DNA of 64,000 nt from positions 64,899 to 128,898 of the forward strand of contig CAZXNT010000003.1 of assembly GCA_964642155.1 (NCBI GenBank). The letters are read 5' to 3'. Positions 28,921 through 40,291 of the stretch are shown here, piece by piece. The notes beneath the pieces are model-generated. The model did no database searches. It was not told where the DNA came from and saw nothing but the letters and a program-made list of their open reading frames with translations. A program made the translations under genes and the position numbers. Each line of letters starts with the position of its first letter. Within the stretch, counting starts at the first letter, position 1. This DNA is from an uncultured Candidatus Saccharibacteria bacterium (lineage in GTDB: Bacteria; Patescibacteriota; Minisyncoccia; UBA6257; UBA9933).

Positions 28921-29346
28921 TCAAGGACAATTCAAATACCTTTTGCCTCCCCATTCCCAAGGGACGAAACTACCGCCGCCGACAGCGGAAAGAACCATAT
29001 TAATAATCATCCATGCGCCGAGCGCGATTAAAACTCCGACAATGGCGGATTGAATCATTTTTCTGCCTTGTGAAACTTTTTCCGTGGAATCGCCGGCAGT
29101 CATAATCGTCAATCCGCCCCAAACGATAAAAACAACGACCAAGGGAATGGCGATATTATAGAGAGCGAAATTAATAACATTTCCAATTAATATAATCAGA
29201 TCACAAAATTGACAACCTTTTCCGCCATGAGAATCCGGTCCGCAAGGAACCAAAGGATCAGCCGCTTGCGCGCTAACAACGGTAACTAGTAAATAGAAAA
29301 TAGTAACTAGTAAAATAATTTTGAATTTTGATTTTTGATTTTGCAT
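28921..29346 (-). CDS. TrbC/VirB2-like pilin with Cys-rich N-terminus
   Basis: LVPCG..CQFCDL, IMTAGDSTEKVSQGRKMIQSAIVG. Confidence 0.8.
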   Translation of the reverse strand: MQNQKSKFKIILLVTIFYLLVTVVSAQAADPLVPCGPDSHGGKGCQFCDLIILIGNVINFALYNIAIPLVVVFIVWGGLTIMTAGDSTEKVSQGRKMIQSAIVGVLIALGAWMIINMVLSAVGGGSFVPWEWGGKRYLNCP

Positions 29347-29381
29347 AATTATTATCTTTTCAGCTTATCAGCTTTTAAGCT

Positions 29382-30683
29382 TTATAAACTATTCACTTCA
29401 TTTTCCGCTTGTTCCAACGCGCGGTCAACTGACAATCTGCCGCTTGATATTGATTCTATCATATTGGAAAAAATCCGCCTAACCGCGTCGCTATCCGGCT
29501 GAGGCCAAGATCTCGCGGTTAACGCCTGCTGGCCAAAAACTCCCAAATCCAAATCATTAAGATATTTTTGAATTAAGCTCCTTAAAGCCGGCGGTCTTTT
29601 TGATTCTTGAATATATTTTTCGGCAACGGACAAATCGGTAGTAAAATACATAATAAAATTCCAGGCAATTTCCGGATTGCGGCTTTGATTAGAAACCGCC
29701 AAGCCCCAATAATCGGCGTAATTTATCGGCTGGTTCGTCCCGGCTGATTGAATCATCGGCGCCACCGCCAAATTCAAAAACGGATTTTTCGCTTTAATAG
29801 CGGAAATTGCGGATTGATAATTGAAAATCGCCGCCACTGTTCCCTGGCTAAAACTATCCAAAGAATCGCGGAAATTGTCATTCCAAGTATAAACGGAATT
29901 GCCGGGATTGCTGAATTGAAGATAAAAATTCAACGATTTATCTCCGCCGTTTCTCGCAAAATCAATACTTCCCGCCTGGTCAATCATTTTCATTCCCGAT
30001 TGAAGCATTATTAAACTCAAAAGGTCTGTTGCCTTATTAATGCTTTTTTCCGAACCGCCGATGGCGGCCGCGGCTTTGACAACTTTATTGCCAAAATCCA
30101 ACTCCCTTAATCGCGGAATAACATATTGAAATTCGTTCCAATTTTTCGGCACCACTGCCACACCCTTGGCGTCAAAAAAATCTTTATTATAAAGAAAAGC
30201 CAAAGTATCAATGTAAATCGGCAAAGCGTAAATTCCGTTGCTTCCGGAAAAATCCGCTTCCACCACTTGCGGAAATAGTTGCCTTAACTGCGTTATGGAA
30301 AATCCGCTCACTGCCGGCAATGGCGATAATCTGCTTGCATGTTTCGTCAACCAAGTATTATGGAGCATTAAAATATCCGGCGCTTGGCCGCTAGCCATGG
30401 CATTAACCAATCTCTTTTCATAATCGCTCTCGCTAAATTGCGTGTAAGCTATTCTTGCCGCTTTATTGACTTGCGAATAAGAATCAATAATCGGCCGAAT
30501 GAATTGTTCATCTTCCACTCCCCAAAAAGTTATTTCTGTTTGCTGTTCATTGCCGATTGCGCCAAGGCCGGGACCGCCGCCTTGTTTTCTCCCCGGCAAA
30601 ACGCCGATAAAGATTAAAACAATAATTATAACGACCAGCGCCGCCCCGAAAATTATTATTATTTGATTTTTGGTTAAGTTCAT
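29382..30683 (-). CDS. Extracellular solute-binding protein (sugar ABC family 1-like)
   Basis: TM anchor, [28 protein letters not shown]. Confidence 0.88.
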   Translation of the reverse strand: MNLTKNQIIIIFGAALVVIIIVLIFIGVLPGRKQGGGPGLGAIGNEQQTEITFWGVEDEQFIRPIIDSYSQVNKAARIAYTQFSESDYEKRLVNAMASGQAPDILMLHNTWLTKHASRLSPLPAVSGFSITQLRQLFPQVVEADFSGSNGIYALPIYIDTLAFLYNKDFFDAKGVAVVPKNWNEFQYVIPRLRELDFGNKVVKAAAAIGGSEKSINKATDLLSLIMLQSGMKMIDQAGSIDFARNGGDKSLNFYLQFSNPGNSVYTWNDNFRDSLDSFSQGTVAAIFNYQSAISAIKAKNPFLNLAVAPMIQSAGTNQPINYADYWGLAVSNQSRNPEIAWNFIMYFTTDLSVAEKYIQESKRPPALRSLIQKYLNDLDLGVFGQQALTARSWPQPDSDAVRRIFSNMIESISSGRLSVDRALEQAENEVNSL

Positions 30684-33097
30684 AATATTACCACTCCCAT
30701 TACTTTGTCTTTTTCTTTTAATCTCATGATTTTTACTCCACTGGTGGCGCGGCCGGCTGTTCTGATGGCGGAAATTTTCGTTCTGATTATCTGGCCCTTT
30801 GACGAAAGCGCCAACAATTCTTCCTCTTCGCCGATAATCTGAATTGCGACTATAAAACCGGTTTTGGCGGTGATTTTCGCGGCTTTAATTCCGGAACCGC
30901 CACGGCTCTGAATTCTATATTCTTTCAGCGACGTCTGTTTTGCAAACCCGTTTTCCGTCACCACCAACAATTTCTTACTTTCTTTTATTATATCAAGTCC
31001 TGCCACAAAATCACCACTCTTTAATCTAATTGCCGAAACTCCGGCCGCTCCTCTTCCCATTGACCGCAATTGAGATTCTTTAAATCTTATCGCTTGCCCC
31101 TTGGCAGTCGCCAGAATTATCTCGTCTTTCCCCGATGAAAGTTTTACCCATTTCAACGCATCGCCTTGTTTCAAGCCAATGGCAATAATGCCTGTCCGCC
31201 TCACGCTTTCAAATTCTTCCAGCGCCGTTTTTTTGATAACGCCTTTTTTCGTCACCATCACCAAAAAATCTTTTGACCCGTGCGGATAATTTACGATCGC
31301 GTTCACGTTTTCGTCCGACGGAATTTCAAGAAAATTTTGTACCAGTTTTCCTTTTGACGTTCGTGTCCCAACGGGAATTTCATAAACTTTTGTCTGGAAA
31401 GCGCGGCCCTTGTCCGTAAAGAACAAAATATTATCGTGAGTGCTGGCGGAAATAAAATGGCTCAAAAAATCTTCTTCGCCGACTTCGGAACCGATTAACC
31501 CCTTGCCGCCCCGTTTCTGCGATTTAAATGTTTGCGGTGGCATTCTTTTGATGTAGCCGTCAGCGGTCATCACAATAACCGTCTCTTCCAAGGAAACCAA
31601 ATCTTCTTCTTTAAATTCTTTGAGTCCGGAAGCGACAATTTGCGTACGGCGGTCACCTTTATATTTTTCTTTAAGCTCCGTTAATTCGTCCTTAATGATT
31701 TTTAAAATCTTTTGCGGGCTTTTAAGCAAAATTTCCAGTTCTTTTATCAATTTCATTTTTTCCGTTAATTCGTCTTCTATTTTTTTTCTTTCCAAAGCCG
31801 CCAAAGTGGCAAGCTTCATATCAAGAATCGCGTTTGCCTGAATTTCCGTAAGTTTGAATTTTTTAATCAAATTTTCCCGCGCCTCGTCGCGGTCTTTTGA
31901 TTTTTTGATTGTTTCAATTATTTTATCAATAACGGACAACGCTTTCGCCAATCCCTCTAAAATATGGGCGCGTTCTTTGGCTTTTTTTAATTCAAATTCC
32001 ACGCGACGGCGAACCACCTCCTTGCGATGTTCAATATAAAATTCCAAAATGTCTTTAAGCGACATTGTCTGCGGCTGAATACCGCCGGCCAACGCAATCA
32101 TATTAAGATTGAAATTTTTTTGAAGGTCGGTGTATTTAAAAAGCTGGTTCAAAATTTTCTGCGCCGAAACATCTGATTTCAATTCAACAACAATCCTCAT
32201 TCCTTCGCGATCGCTTTCGTCGCGCAAATCCTTAATCCCTTCTACTTTCTTTTCCTGAACCAAACTCGCGATTTTTATAATCAATTCCGATTTGTTCACC
32301 TGATAAGGAATTTCCGTGATAATAATGTTTAATTGATTTTTGCCACGCTCCTGAATTTCGGCTTTTGCCCTCACGGTGATGGGCCCGCGTCCGCTGGAAT
32401 AAGCGTCCGCAATCGCTTTTTTATCGTAAATAATTCCTCCTGTTGGAAAATCCGGACCTTTGATAAAATTCAAAATATTTTCTGCCGCTACCTTAGGATT
32501 GTCTATTAAATGAAGAACTGCATCAATCACTTCGTGCAGATTGTGCGGCGGAATGCTAGTCGCCATACCTACGGCAATTCCAGAAGTTCCGTTTAAAAGA
32601 AGATGGGGCAATTTAGCCGGCAAAACTTTCGGCTCCTGAACACTGCTGTCGTAATTCGGCTGCCAATCAACGGTTTCTTTTTCAATATCATATAAAAGTT
32701 CTTCGGAAATTTTTGACAAACGACACTCTGTGTAACGCATCGCCGCTTGATTATCGCCGTCAATGCTACCCCAATTTCCCTGTCCGTCAATTAACGGATA
32801 ACGCAAAGAAAAATCCTGCGCCATTCTTGCCATTGCGTCATAAACCGAAAGATCGCCGTGTGGATGGTATGATTTCAAAACTTCGCCGACAACCGCCGCC
32901 GATTTTCTGTATTTCACGCCGGCTTTTAATCCAGTTTCCCACATCGCCCAGAGGATTCTTCTTTGTACCGGCTTCAAACCGTCGCGAACATCCGGCAAGG
33001 CGCGGCTCACAATAACGGACATCGCGTAATCCAAATAAGATTCTTTTAATTCTTCCGTTATTTCCCTATTTTCAATTTTACCTATTTGTTTTTCCAT
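30680..33097 (-). CDS. gyrA: DNA gyrase subunit A
   Basis: [36 protein letters not shown], GyrA box QKRGGKG. Confidence 0.98.
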   Translation of the reverse strand: MEKQIGKIENREITEELKESYLDYAMSVIVSRALPDVRDGLKPVQRRILWAMWETGLKAGVKYRKSAAVVGEVLKSYHPHGDLSVYDAMARMAQDFSLRYPLIDGQGNWGSIDGDNQAAMRYTECRLSKISEELLYDIEKETVDWQPNYDSSVQEPKVLPAKLPHLLLNGTSGIAVGMATSIPPHNLHEVIDAVLHLIDNPKVAAENILNFIKGPDFPTGGIIYDKKAIADAYSSGRGPITVRAKAEIQERGKNQLNIIITEIPYQVNKSELIIKIASLVQEKKVEGIKDLRDESDREGMRIVVELKSDVSAQKILNQLFKYTDLQKNFNLNMIALAGGIQPQTMSLKDILEFYIEHRKEVVRRRVEFELKKAKERAHILEGLAKALSVIDKIIETIKKSKDRDEARENLIKKFKLTEIQANAILDMKLATLAALERKKIEDELTEKMKLIKELEILLKSPQKILKIIKDELTELKEKYKGDRRTQIVASGLKEFKEEDLVSLEETVIVMTADGYIKRMPPQTFKSQKRGGKGLIGSEVGEEDFLSHFISASTHDNILFFTDKGRAFQTKVYEIPVGTRTSKGKLVQNFLEIPSDENVNAIVNYPHGSKDFLVMVTKKGVIKKTALEEFESVRRTGIIAIGLKQGDALKWVKLSSGKDEIILATAKGQAIRFKESQLRSMGRGAAGVSAIRLKSGDFVAGLDIIKESKKLLVVTENGFAKQTSLKEYRIQSRGGSGIKAAKITAKTGFIVAIQIIGEEEELLALSSKGQIIRTKISAIRTAGRATSGVKIMRLKEKDKVMGVVIL

Positions 33098-33139
33098 AAA
33101 ATATTCGCATTATTTAATATTAATTCGCATTATTCGCGA

Positions 33140-33439
33140 TTACTTCTCCACTTCAATAAACATTTTTCCTATTGCCTGGCTGTATAAATTTTTAACTTCT
33201 TCCCAACCAGACCCGCTCACTGAGTTTAATCCTGTTTTAAAAACCTGCCAAAATGAAGTTTCTTCCGATGGTTCAATTTTATCCGTTTTATTTTCTCCGA
33301 TCGGGGAATTTAAAAAAAACAGCCAAATTGCCACAATAATTGCCATTGAAACAACGCTCATTAAAACAAGCCATCTTTTTTTAATTTGTTCATCCGATTC
33401 CTGAATTTTGTTTAATTTATTTTTTAAGCTTTCAAACAT
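33140..33439 (-). CDS. Hypothetical single-TM protein
   Basis: In-operon ORF with one TM helix. Confidence 0.7.
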   Translation of the reverse strand: MFESLKNKLNKIQESDEQIKKRWLVLMSVVSMAIIVAIWLFFLNSPIGENKTDKIEPSEETSFWQVFKTGLNSVSGSGWEEVKNLYSQAIGKMFIEVEK

Positions 33440-34059
33440 ATGACTTTCGTTTTCTTAATCTCCGCCAAATCTTTCTTTTTGACGGTTAATTTTTCCTGCG
33501 TTTCGGCCTTATATCCCCCTTCTTCAAGAAAAATTTTCAAATCAGCGGACGGCCTCTTTAATCCGGAAATTTTAAAGAAAGACGGAATAACTATTTTTGG
33601 CGCTATTTGTTTGATTAATTTTACAGCCGCTTTTTGCTCAATAAACGGCTTGCCGCCGGCGGGAATAAACAAAACGTCAATTTCTTCTAGATGCTCGGCA
33701 ATATCCGTCGCTAATGCTTCAGAAACATGTCCCAAAAAACACATTTTAATTCCCTCAATTTCAACCAAATAAATCGTCTTGATAAATTCATCCGTTGATT
33801 CATTTGCCAGTCCGTAACCGGAAATAACAATATTTTTAATGTCGTATTCTCCGGGACCGATTATTTTAAATCCCTCTCCATCAACGTTTCTTAAAAATCC
33901 GGATTCAACCTCTTCGCTTGAAACTAAAGTTTTTAACAGAATGTCAAACTTAAAACGCGGCGGGGTTAAACCGCTTTGAGGAGACGGTGGGTCAATTAAA
34001 ACAACCGCTTCTCCGCTTTGAATTTTAAAACAGCCTTCGCCGTAAAAAGAAATAACCAT
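33424..34059 (-). CDS. MBL-fold metallo-hydrolase-like protein (metal motif degenerate)
   Basis: GEGCFKIQ, IDP, GPGEYDI, DVLFIPAGG, PKIVIP; HxHxDH absent. Confidence 0.75.
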   Translation of the reverse strand: MVISFYGEGCFKIQSGEAVVLIDPPSPQSGLTPPRFKFDILLKTLVSSEEVESGFLRNVDGEGFKIIGPGEYDIKNIVISGYGLANESTDEFIKTIYLVEIEGIKMCFLGHVSEALATDIAEHLEEIDVLFIPAGGKPFIEQKAAVKLIKQIAPKIVIPSFFKISGLKRPSADLKIFLEEGGYKAETQEKLTVKKKDLAEIKKTKVICLKA

Positions 34060-34130
34060 AATTGATTTTTAATAATATCACTATTGCCCTTGATTTTCAA
34101 TATGCGATAGTTTATTATTCACAAATTATT

Positions 34131-35258
34131 ATGGATACAGTGCAAACAGTGAACAATAATAAAGATATTTTAGCGCAGATTATTAAAAATGAGCCGGAGC
34201 TTATTTCATTTTTAAAAGAAGGCGACTTGATAGAAGCCGAATTATTGGAGAAAACTCCGAAAGCAGCCTATTTTGATTTGGGAAAATTCGGCACCGGAAT
34301 CGTTCTCGGCGCCGAACTTAACAACGCGAAAGACGTTTTTAAAAATCTTGATAAGGGTGGGAAAACAAACGCCAAAGTTTTAGTCCCTGAAAATGACGAG
34401 GGATTTATTGAGCTTTCATTGGCTGATGCCCATAAACAAAAAGGCTGGCAGGAATTAAAAAATATTATGGAAAGCGACGAAGTTTTAACGATTAAAATAA
34501 TCGGCGCCAACAGCGGCGGCCTTATCGCCAATATAAATGACATCAAAGCTTTTATGCCGGTTTCCCAATTAAGCAATAAAAATTATCCGCGCATTGAAAC
34601 AAAAGAAGACGGCGAAAATGGCCAGCAAAAGAACGAAATTCTCAAAGAATTGAGAAAATTGGTCGGACAAGAATTGAAAATAAAAATCATTGACCTTAAC
34701 CCGCGAACCAATAAGCTGATTATTTCCGAAAAAGCTTCTGAAGAAGAAGATATTAAAAAATTGCTTGAAAATTACAAGGTGGGCGACGTTGTTGAAGGAA
34801 TTGTTTCCGGCGTTGCCGATTTCGGCGCGTTTATCCGTTTTATTGATAACCCGTCAATTGAAGGATTTGTGCATATTTCCGAATTTGACCACAAAATAAT
34901 AGACAGCCCGAAAGAAATAGTGAAAATTGACGACGTGATAAAAGTGAAAATCATGGAAATAAAAAACAATCAAGTCAATCTTTCACTTAAGGCCCTAAAA
35001 GCAGACCCATGGATAAACGTTGAAGAAAAATTGAAAGAAAATCAGGAAATTAAAGGGGTTGTCAGTAAATTCAGCCAGTTTGGCGCGCTTGTAAATCTGG
35101 AAAATGATTTGCAGGGAGCGATCCACGTTTCCGAATTTGGAAGCTTGGAAGAAATGAAAAAACAAATTGAAATCGGCAAATCGTATGATTTTATTGTCGC
35201 CTCAATTAAGCCGCAAGAAAAAAGAATACTCCTTAAATTAAAGAATTTAGAATCATAA
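34131..35258 (+). CDS. rpsA: 30S ribosomal protein S1 (four S1 domains)
   Basis: ANSGGL, AFMPVSQL, DFGAFI, GFVHISE, QFGALV; ATG 34131 preferred. Confidence 0.9.
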   Translation: MDTVQTVNNNKDILAQIIKNEPELISFLKEGDLIEAELLEKTPKAAYFDLGKFGTGIVLGAELNNAKDVFKNLDKGGKTNAKVLVPENDEGFIELSLADAHKQKGWQELKNIMESDEVLTIKIIGANSGGLIANINDIKAFMPVSQLSNKNYPRIETKEDGENGQQKNEILKELRKLVGQELKIKIIDLNPRTNKLIISEKASEEEDIKKLLENYKVGDVVEGIVSGVADFGAFIRFIDNPSIEGFVHISEFDHKIIDSPKEIVKIDDVIKVKIMEIKNNQVNLSLKALKADPWINVEEKLKENQEIKGVVSKFSQFGALVNLENDLQGAIHVSEFGSLEEMKKQIEIGKSYDFIVASIKPQEKRILLKLKNLES

Positions 35259-35329
35259 CAGCTGTTTTTCAAAATTAGTTATCCACAGGCGCCGTATTGC
35301 TATTTTTTAATTTTGTCTTATAATCTTAA

Positions 35330-35432
35330 AGTGGTTCTCATTGCCGGAAAAGGCCGGCGGCCATAATCGCTGGAAAAAGCTGGCGAATATGAGCGAATAT
35401 AAATTTCTCCTCTTTAGCTAAAGGGAACCACT
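35330..35432 (+). ncRNA. Candidate structured leader or small RNA
   Basis: Closing stem AGTGGTTC/GAACCACT with two related inner hairpins; begins just after TATAAT; DnaA box at 35279. Confidence 0.45.
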
Positions 35433-35508
35433 AAAACTCTGTTCTTTTAAATTTAAAATAAAAATAGTGGGGGCGATAAACAATTAAACCAGTTTGAGGA
35501 GGATTTAC

Positions 35509-35802
35509 ATGAAGAATAAGAAGTCTATACCCAATATAATGGTAATTGGGTATGTAAAGGTGGAGAAGAAATTATTACAAATAATTTTTCCGGAGGTGCC
35601 AAGAGGGGTAATGCGTCCCCTTCGCTCATTGATTAAATATAATCATGGTAGGGTGCACAGAAACGCGACAGGAGGTATTACGATTACAGCAGAAGATTCT
35701 TGTTGCGCTGAAGCCATATCCAGCCTAGCACTGGATATCGGAGATTTGGGAGTAGGTCTAAATGTAGACGCCGAAACCATACCAAGGTTAAAATTAAATT
35801 AA
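35509..35802 (+). CDS. Orphan hypothetical protein
   Basis: SD GAGGAGG before ATG 35509; terminator at 35824-35860. Confidence 0.65.
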   Translation: MKNKKSIPNIMVIGYVKVEKKLLQIIFPEVPRGVMRPLRSLIKYNHGRVHRNATGGITITAEDSCCAEAISSLALDIGDLGVGLNVDAETIPRLKLN

Positions 35803-35901
35803 GTATTCCCTCGCCCCCCACCCAATATAGTTCGGCTCTCTGAGTCGAACTATATTTTTTATAAATTGACATAGCGTTTTTTTAACAATACAATAAATCC
35901 T

Positions 35902-37740
35902 ATGAAAAGCTTTTCTAAAAACATTTTTTGGGCGATTATAGCGTTTTTAATAATAACGTTTCTTTTTTCACTCGCTTATCAAGAAAAAAAGGCGGAGGTT
36001 GTTTTAAGCCTTGACCAATTGGCGACAAAAATCAATTCTAATGAAATTTCCAAAATCGTTGTAAGCGCGAATAATTTGGATATTGAATTGGCAAACGGCG
36101 AAAAAACGACCGCTAAAAAAGAATTTGAATCGGGGTTATCTGAAACTCTGCGAAATTTCAACGTTGACGCCAGCGCGTTTAAAAAAGTAAATATAGAAAT
36201 CAAAGAAGAATCCGGCTGGAAATATTGGGCGAGTATTTTACTCCCCTCTCTTTTGCCGCTTTTAATCATTGGCTGGTTTTTATGGATGATGTTCAAACAA
36301 GCCGGACGCGGAATGAGCCAAGCGATGACTTTCGGCAAGGCCAATATCAAACTTTTTACTCAATTTAAAGACCGCGTCACTTTCAACGACATTGCGGGAC
36401 TAAAAGAAGCAAAACAAGAATTGATGGAAGTGGTGGACTTTCTGAAAAATCCGAAAAAATATCTTGATATCGGAGCAAAAATTCCGCGCGGAGTTTTATT
36501 ATATGGAGCTCCGGGAACGGGGAAAACTTTATTGGCGCGCGCGGTGGCCGGCGAAGCCAATGTTCCGTTTTTTCACATTTCCGGTTCGGAATTCGTGGAA
36601 ATGTTTGTCGGCGTAGGAGCCAGTCGCGTCCGGGATTTATTTGACACTGCCAAGAAAGCCGGACGGTCAATAATTTTCATTGATGAGATTGACGCCGTAG
36701 GCAGAGAAAGGGGAGCCGGATTGGGCGGCGGGCATGATGAAAGAGAACAAACTTTAAACCAAATTCTCGTTGAAATGGACGGTTTTGAAAAAAACGACAA
36801 ACGGATAGTTGTCGCCGCCACCAATAGACCGGACGTCTTAGATATAGCGCTGTTGCGACCGGGCCGTTTTGACCGCCGCGTTATTCTTGATTTACCGGAC
36901 ATCAACGACCGCGAAGAAATTCTAAAAATTCATGCCAAGGGAAAAATTCAGGCAAGTGATATTAATTTAAGAAAAATAGCCGAACGAACTCCGGGATTTT
37001 CCGGAGCTGATTTGGCAAATTTGCTGAATGAAGCCGCTCTGCTGGCCGCCAGAAAAAACCAAAAAGAAATAAAGCAATTTGATATTTTTGAATCAATTGA
37101 AAAAGTATTGCTCGGTCCGGAACGCCGTAGCCGAGTTTTTTCCAAAAAAGAAAAAGATATCACCTCTTTTCACGAAGCCGGCCACGCTTTAGTCGCCGCT
37201 TCGCTCAAAAACGCCGACCCTGTTCATAAAGTTTCCATCGTCGCCCGCGGCCGAGCCGGCGGCTACACTTTAAAACTGCCGCTTGAAGAAACATACCTCC
37301 GCACTAAATCGCAATTTATGACCGACTTGGCAATGATGCTCGGCGGATATATTGCTGAAAAATCTGTTTTTGGAGATGTTTCCACGGGCGCATCCAGCGA
37401 TTTACAAAGCGCTTCTTCTTTGACGCGCAAACTTATTACCAAATACGGAATGAGCGAAAAACTGGGGCCGATTACTTTCGGGAAAACAGATGGAATGGTT
37501 TTTCTTGGACGGGAAATCGCCACTGAAAAAAATTATTCCGAGGACGTGGCAAAACAAATAGACGAAGAAGTGAAAAATTTTATTGATAAAGCTTACAACG
37601 CAGCCGCAAAAATTATTACTTCGCGCAAAAAAGTTTTAAACGCCATAGCCAAAACGCTTATGGAAAAAGAAACCATTGAACGCGAAGAATTTGATAATTT
37701 AATAAAAAGCTTTAAACTTAAACTTGTTGAAATAAAATAA
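35902..37740 (+). CDS. ftsH: ATP-dependent zinc metalloprotease FtsH
   Basis: Two TM helices, [28 protein letters not shown]. Confidence 0.98.
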   Translation: MKSFSKNIFWAIIAFLIITFLFSLAYQEKKAEVVLSLDQLATKINSNEISKIVVSANNLDIELANGEKTTAKKEFESGLSETLRNFNVDASAFKKVNIEIKEESGWKYWASILLPSLLPLLIIGWFLWMMFKQAGRGMSQAMTFGKANIKLFTQFKDRVTFNDIAGLKEAKQELMEVVDFLKNPKKYLDIGAKIPRGVLLYGAPGTGKTLLARAVAGEANVPFFHISGSEFVEMFVGVGASRVRDLFDTAKKAGRSIIFIDEIDAVGRERGAGLGGGHDEREQTLNQILVEMDGFEKNDKRIVVAATNRPDVLDIALLRPGRFDRRVILDLPDINDREEILKIHAKGKIQASDINLRKIAERTPGFSGADLANLLNEAALLAARKNQKEIKQFDIFESIEKVLLGPERRSRVFSKKEKDITSFHEAGHALVAASLKNADPVHKVSIVARGRAGGYTLKLPLEETYLRTKSQFMTDLAMMLGGYIAEKSVFGDVSTGASSDLQSASSLTRKLITKYGMSEKLGPITFGKTDGMVFLGREIATEKNYSEDVAKQIDEEVKNFIDKAYNAAAKIITSRKKVLNAIAKTLMEKETIEREEFDNLIKSFKLKLVEIK

Positions 37741-37744
37741 ATTT

Positions 37745-37821
37745 GCGCCTGTAGCTCAGCTGGTTAGAGCATCGAGCTTATACCTCGAGGGTCCTTGGTT
37801 CGAGTCCAAGCAGGCGCACCA
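37745..37821 (+). tRNA. tRNA-Ile(UAU)
   Basis: GCGCCTG...TCGAG-CTTATAC-CTCGA...GGTTCGAGTCC...CAGGCGC-A-CCA. Confidence 0.9.
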
Positions 37822-39285
37822 CGTTGGAAATGTCAAAGATTCAGATGTCGCCTCGCTTCGCTCGGCGACCAAATCGTACGGATTTTTCGGGGCAAAAAGA
37901 AATTCCCGATTCCGTAAAATATGGTTCGAGCCGATGTTTTTCAGAAATGTTGTCATTTCGGAAAGATTTTCTGATTCAAGCAATTTAGCGGCTTGATTCA
38001 ATGATAAAACGAACTCACGAGCCGGTTCGAGCCAAGACAGACCTTTTTGCTCAAAGTCGGTGATTTTTTCGTTTAGCGCGACCTTTTGGGAAATGAGGAT
38101 GTCTTTTTTGGCGGCATATTCTTTTTGTGTAAGCGCGTCATCCAAATATACATCGAGCAATTTTTGGAGCTTCATCTCGATTTGCGATAATTGATTTTTC
38201 AGATTTATCACTTCGCCTTGTGCTTGTTCCTTTGCTTGCATTTCTTCTGCGTTTAGCGCCGCCAAAACTTTTTCAGTGTTTTAGCTCGACAAAGAAACTT
38301 TTTGTAGGAAACTTTTGATTTGTACCACTAACTGATTTTCGCCGAGATACTTTTCTTGGCATTTGCCTCGCTTCTTCGTGCAACGATAGTAAGTGTAAAT
38401 ACCACCATTTCCTTTAGCGTATTGAGCAGTTATCGAACAACCACACGAGGCGCATTTCATTAGGCCAAGAAAAGCAAAATCATGTTTTCTGTCTGGTCGG
38501 ACTTTTCCGCGCTTTGTCATAACTTCCTGACATCTATCAAAAAGTTTCTTTGAAATTAATGGCTCGTGTTTTCCCTCAAAAATTTCCCCTTTGTATCTCA
38601 TTAACCCGATGTAAAAAGGATTTTGTAAGATATGCTGAATATTGCTCATTGAGATTTTGTTTCCGGCATTTGTCAGCAACTTCTTTTTCTCACACCAATT
38701 TGCGAGAGTGTTGAGAGGATATGCTCCGGTGGCGTACATCTCAAAAATCTTTTTCACTTTAGAGGATTTCTCGCTATCAACATCAATACCTCGCGTCTTG
38801 GGATTATTTGCATATCCCACCGGAGCCCAGCTTGGCCATACTCCATTTCGTATCTTTTGGCGTAGTCCTCGTTTCACATTCTCTCGTAAATTGTCTACAA
38901 AGTATTTACTCTGTCCAAAAGCAATGTTCAGCATAAATAATCCTTGTGGTGTTGGTTCAAACCAAAAAGTAGGAAATTTTAGAGAACGAATCAAGCCGCG
39001 ATCTACAAAATGGATAATCTTTCCGCCGTCCACACTATTGCGGGCCAACCTATCCGGATGCCATGAGATTATGCCGTCAGCTTTTCCTTTCTCAATCAAG
39101 GACAACATTTCTGCGAATTTAATTCGCCCGGGTTCTTTTGCGGTTTTGGCTTCCCGAAAGGAAGCAACGATTTCAAGTTTTTCTTTGGCGGCAAATTCTT
39201 TGAGCTCAACGAGTTGCGCTTCAATACTCAATACTTGGCGGTCATCTTCTTCTGTGCTTTTTCTCGCGTAGATAATATATTTCAT
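37756..39285 (-). pseudogene. Large serine recombinase split by one in-frame TAA (38281-38283)
   Basis: YARKST, SIEAQ, DRLARN, recombinase domain, CxxC...YYRC zinc ribbon, coiled coil; reads SS*NTEKVLAAL in frame; C-terminus runs antisense through tRNA-Ile. Confidence 0.9.
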
Positions 39286-39329
39286 AGTTTTGTTTGGTTA
39301 ATGATTAAAATTTTTCTTTTCTGCTTCTA

Positions 39330-39592
39330 ACGGAATCGGGAATTTCTTTTTGCCCCGAAAACTCCGTACGATTTGGTCGCCGAGCGAAGCGAGGCGACAT
39401 CTGAATCTTTGACATTTCCAACGTGGTGCTCTATTCTTGAATTAGTCCGAACCGCTTTTGCCACCGCAGGCGGCGAGGAAGTCCCCCCGCGAAAATTCGG
39501 GAAGGCGGTGGAGCCGCACGAATCAAAACCGCAAAAGAACCCGTTAAAAACATCGGCTCGAACCATATTTTGTAGAAGCAGAAAAGAAAAAT
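39330..39592. repeat. Inverted attP copy plus three short inverted recombinase-gene fragments
   Basis: 39330-39429 = RC of 37816-37915 (1 mismatch); 39426-39523 = RC of 40466-40563; 39524-39543 = RC 39129-39148; 39546-39571 = RC 37916-37941; 39573-39592 = RC 39310-39329. Confidence 0.9.
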
Positions 39593-39772
39593 CTTCATAA
39601 GGAATTGGGACTAAGAGAACAGCGGAAACGCATTTTTTGTTTGAGCTTGACTTCCAACCTATAATATGCTATTCTTATTAGAATCAAAATTAATTAGGTA
39701 AGGGCCATTAAATTTGATATACCTGCCACGAGGGAATCGTGGAAATCTGTACTTTAAAAAGGAGGAAAAACC

Positions 39773-40291
39773 ATGTTTAACTTCATTAGGAGTATCTTCG
39801 GATACTACAAGGCGAAGTCCCTTGAGGAATTCGTCGAAGTCTTGGAAAGAGAAAGAAAGGATCGCGGAGTAGCAATAACAGTCAAACCGTACACAAAGTT
39901 TAAGGGGATTTGTATAAGTATAGACAACGCGAATGTCCAGCTTATGCTGAAATTCACGGGCATAATGTCTTGCGGTCGTAAGGTTGTCTACAAACGGCGT
40001 GGCGCCTTTTTGAAAACATCTCGAAACTCTCATTACAAACAAACCAAAGGCAAAGCCTATTTAAAAAACTTTATGATTGGCGAACAGAAAGTTATAGAGC
40101 TACGGGAAAAATTTCCCGGCGTGTCTGTGAACCTTATCTTCGAGAAGATGGAAGTAGAGTTCCATAGCGACAGATCTCTAAAAAGCTTTGGTTTTGCTGA
40201 ACAAGTTATGGACAGTAACTTGTTCAGCAAACTTCATAAGGAGGCGGCGGGATATGGCCTCTTTATCCACGATGTCTTAGAAGAAAACTGA
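39773..40291 (+). CDS. Orphan cargo protein of the integrative element
   Basis: SD AAGGAGG, TTGACT promoter, terminator at 40310-40345. Confidence 0.7.
   Translation: MFNFIRSIFGYYKAKSLEEFVEVLERERKDRGVAITVKPYTKFKGICISIDNANVQLMLKFTGIMSCGRKVVYKRRGAFLKTSRNSHYKQTKGKAYLKNFMIGEQKVIELREKFPGVSVNLIFEKMEVEFHSDRSLKSFGFAEQVMDSNLFSKLHKEAAGYGLFIHDVLEEN

Noticed and set aside
9757-38283. Stop-codon reassignment suggested by two in-frame TAA codons
   Set aside because: TAA, TAG and TGA all terminate conserved genes at expected positions; simple nonsense mutations suffice
39327-39600. ORFs 39327-39566 and 39373-39600 as independent genes
   Set aside because: They are readings of the inverted attP copy; 39373-39600 matters only as the alternative recombinase tail
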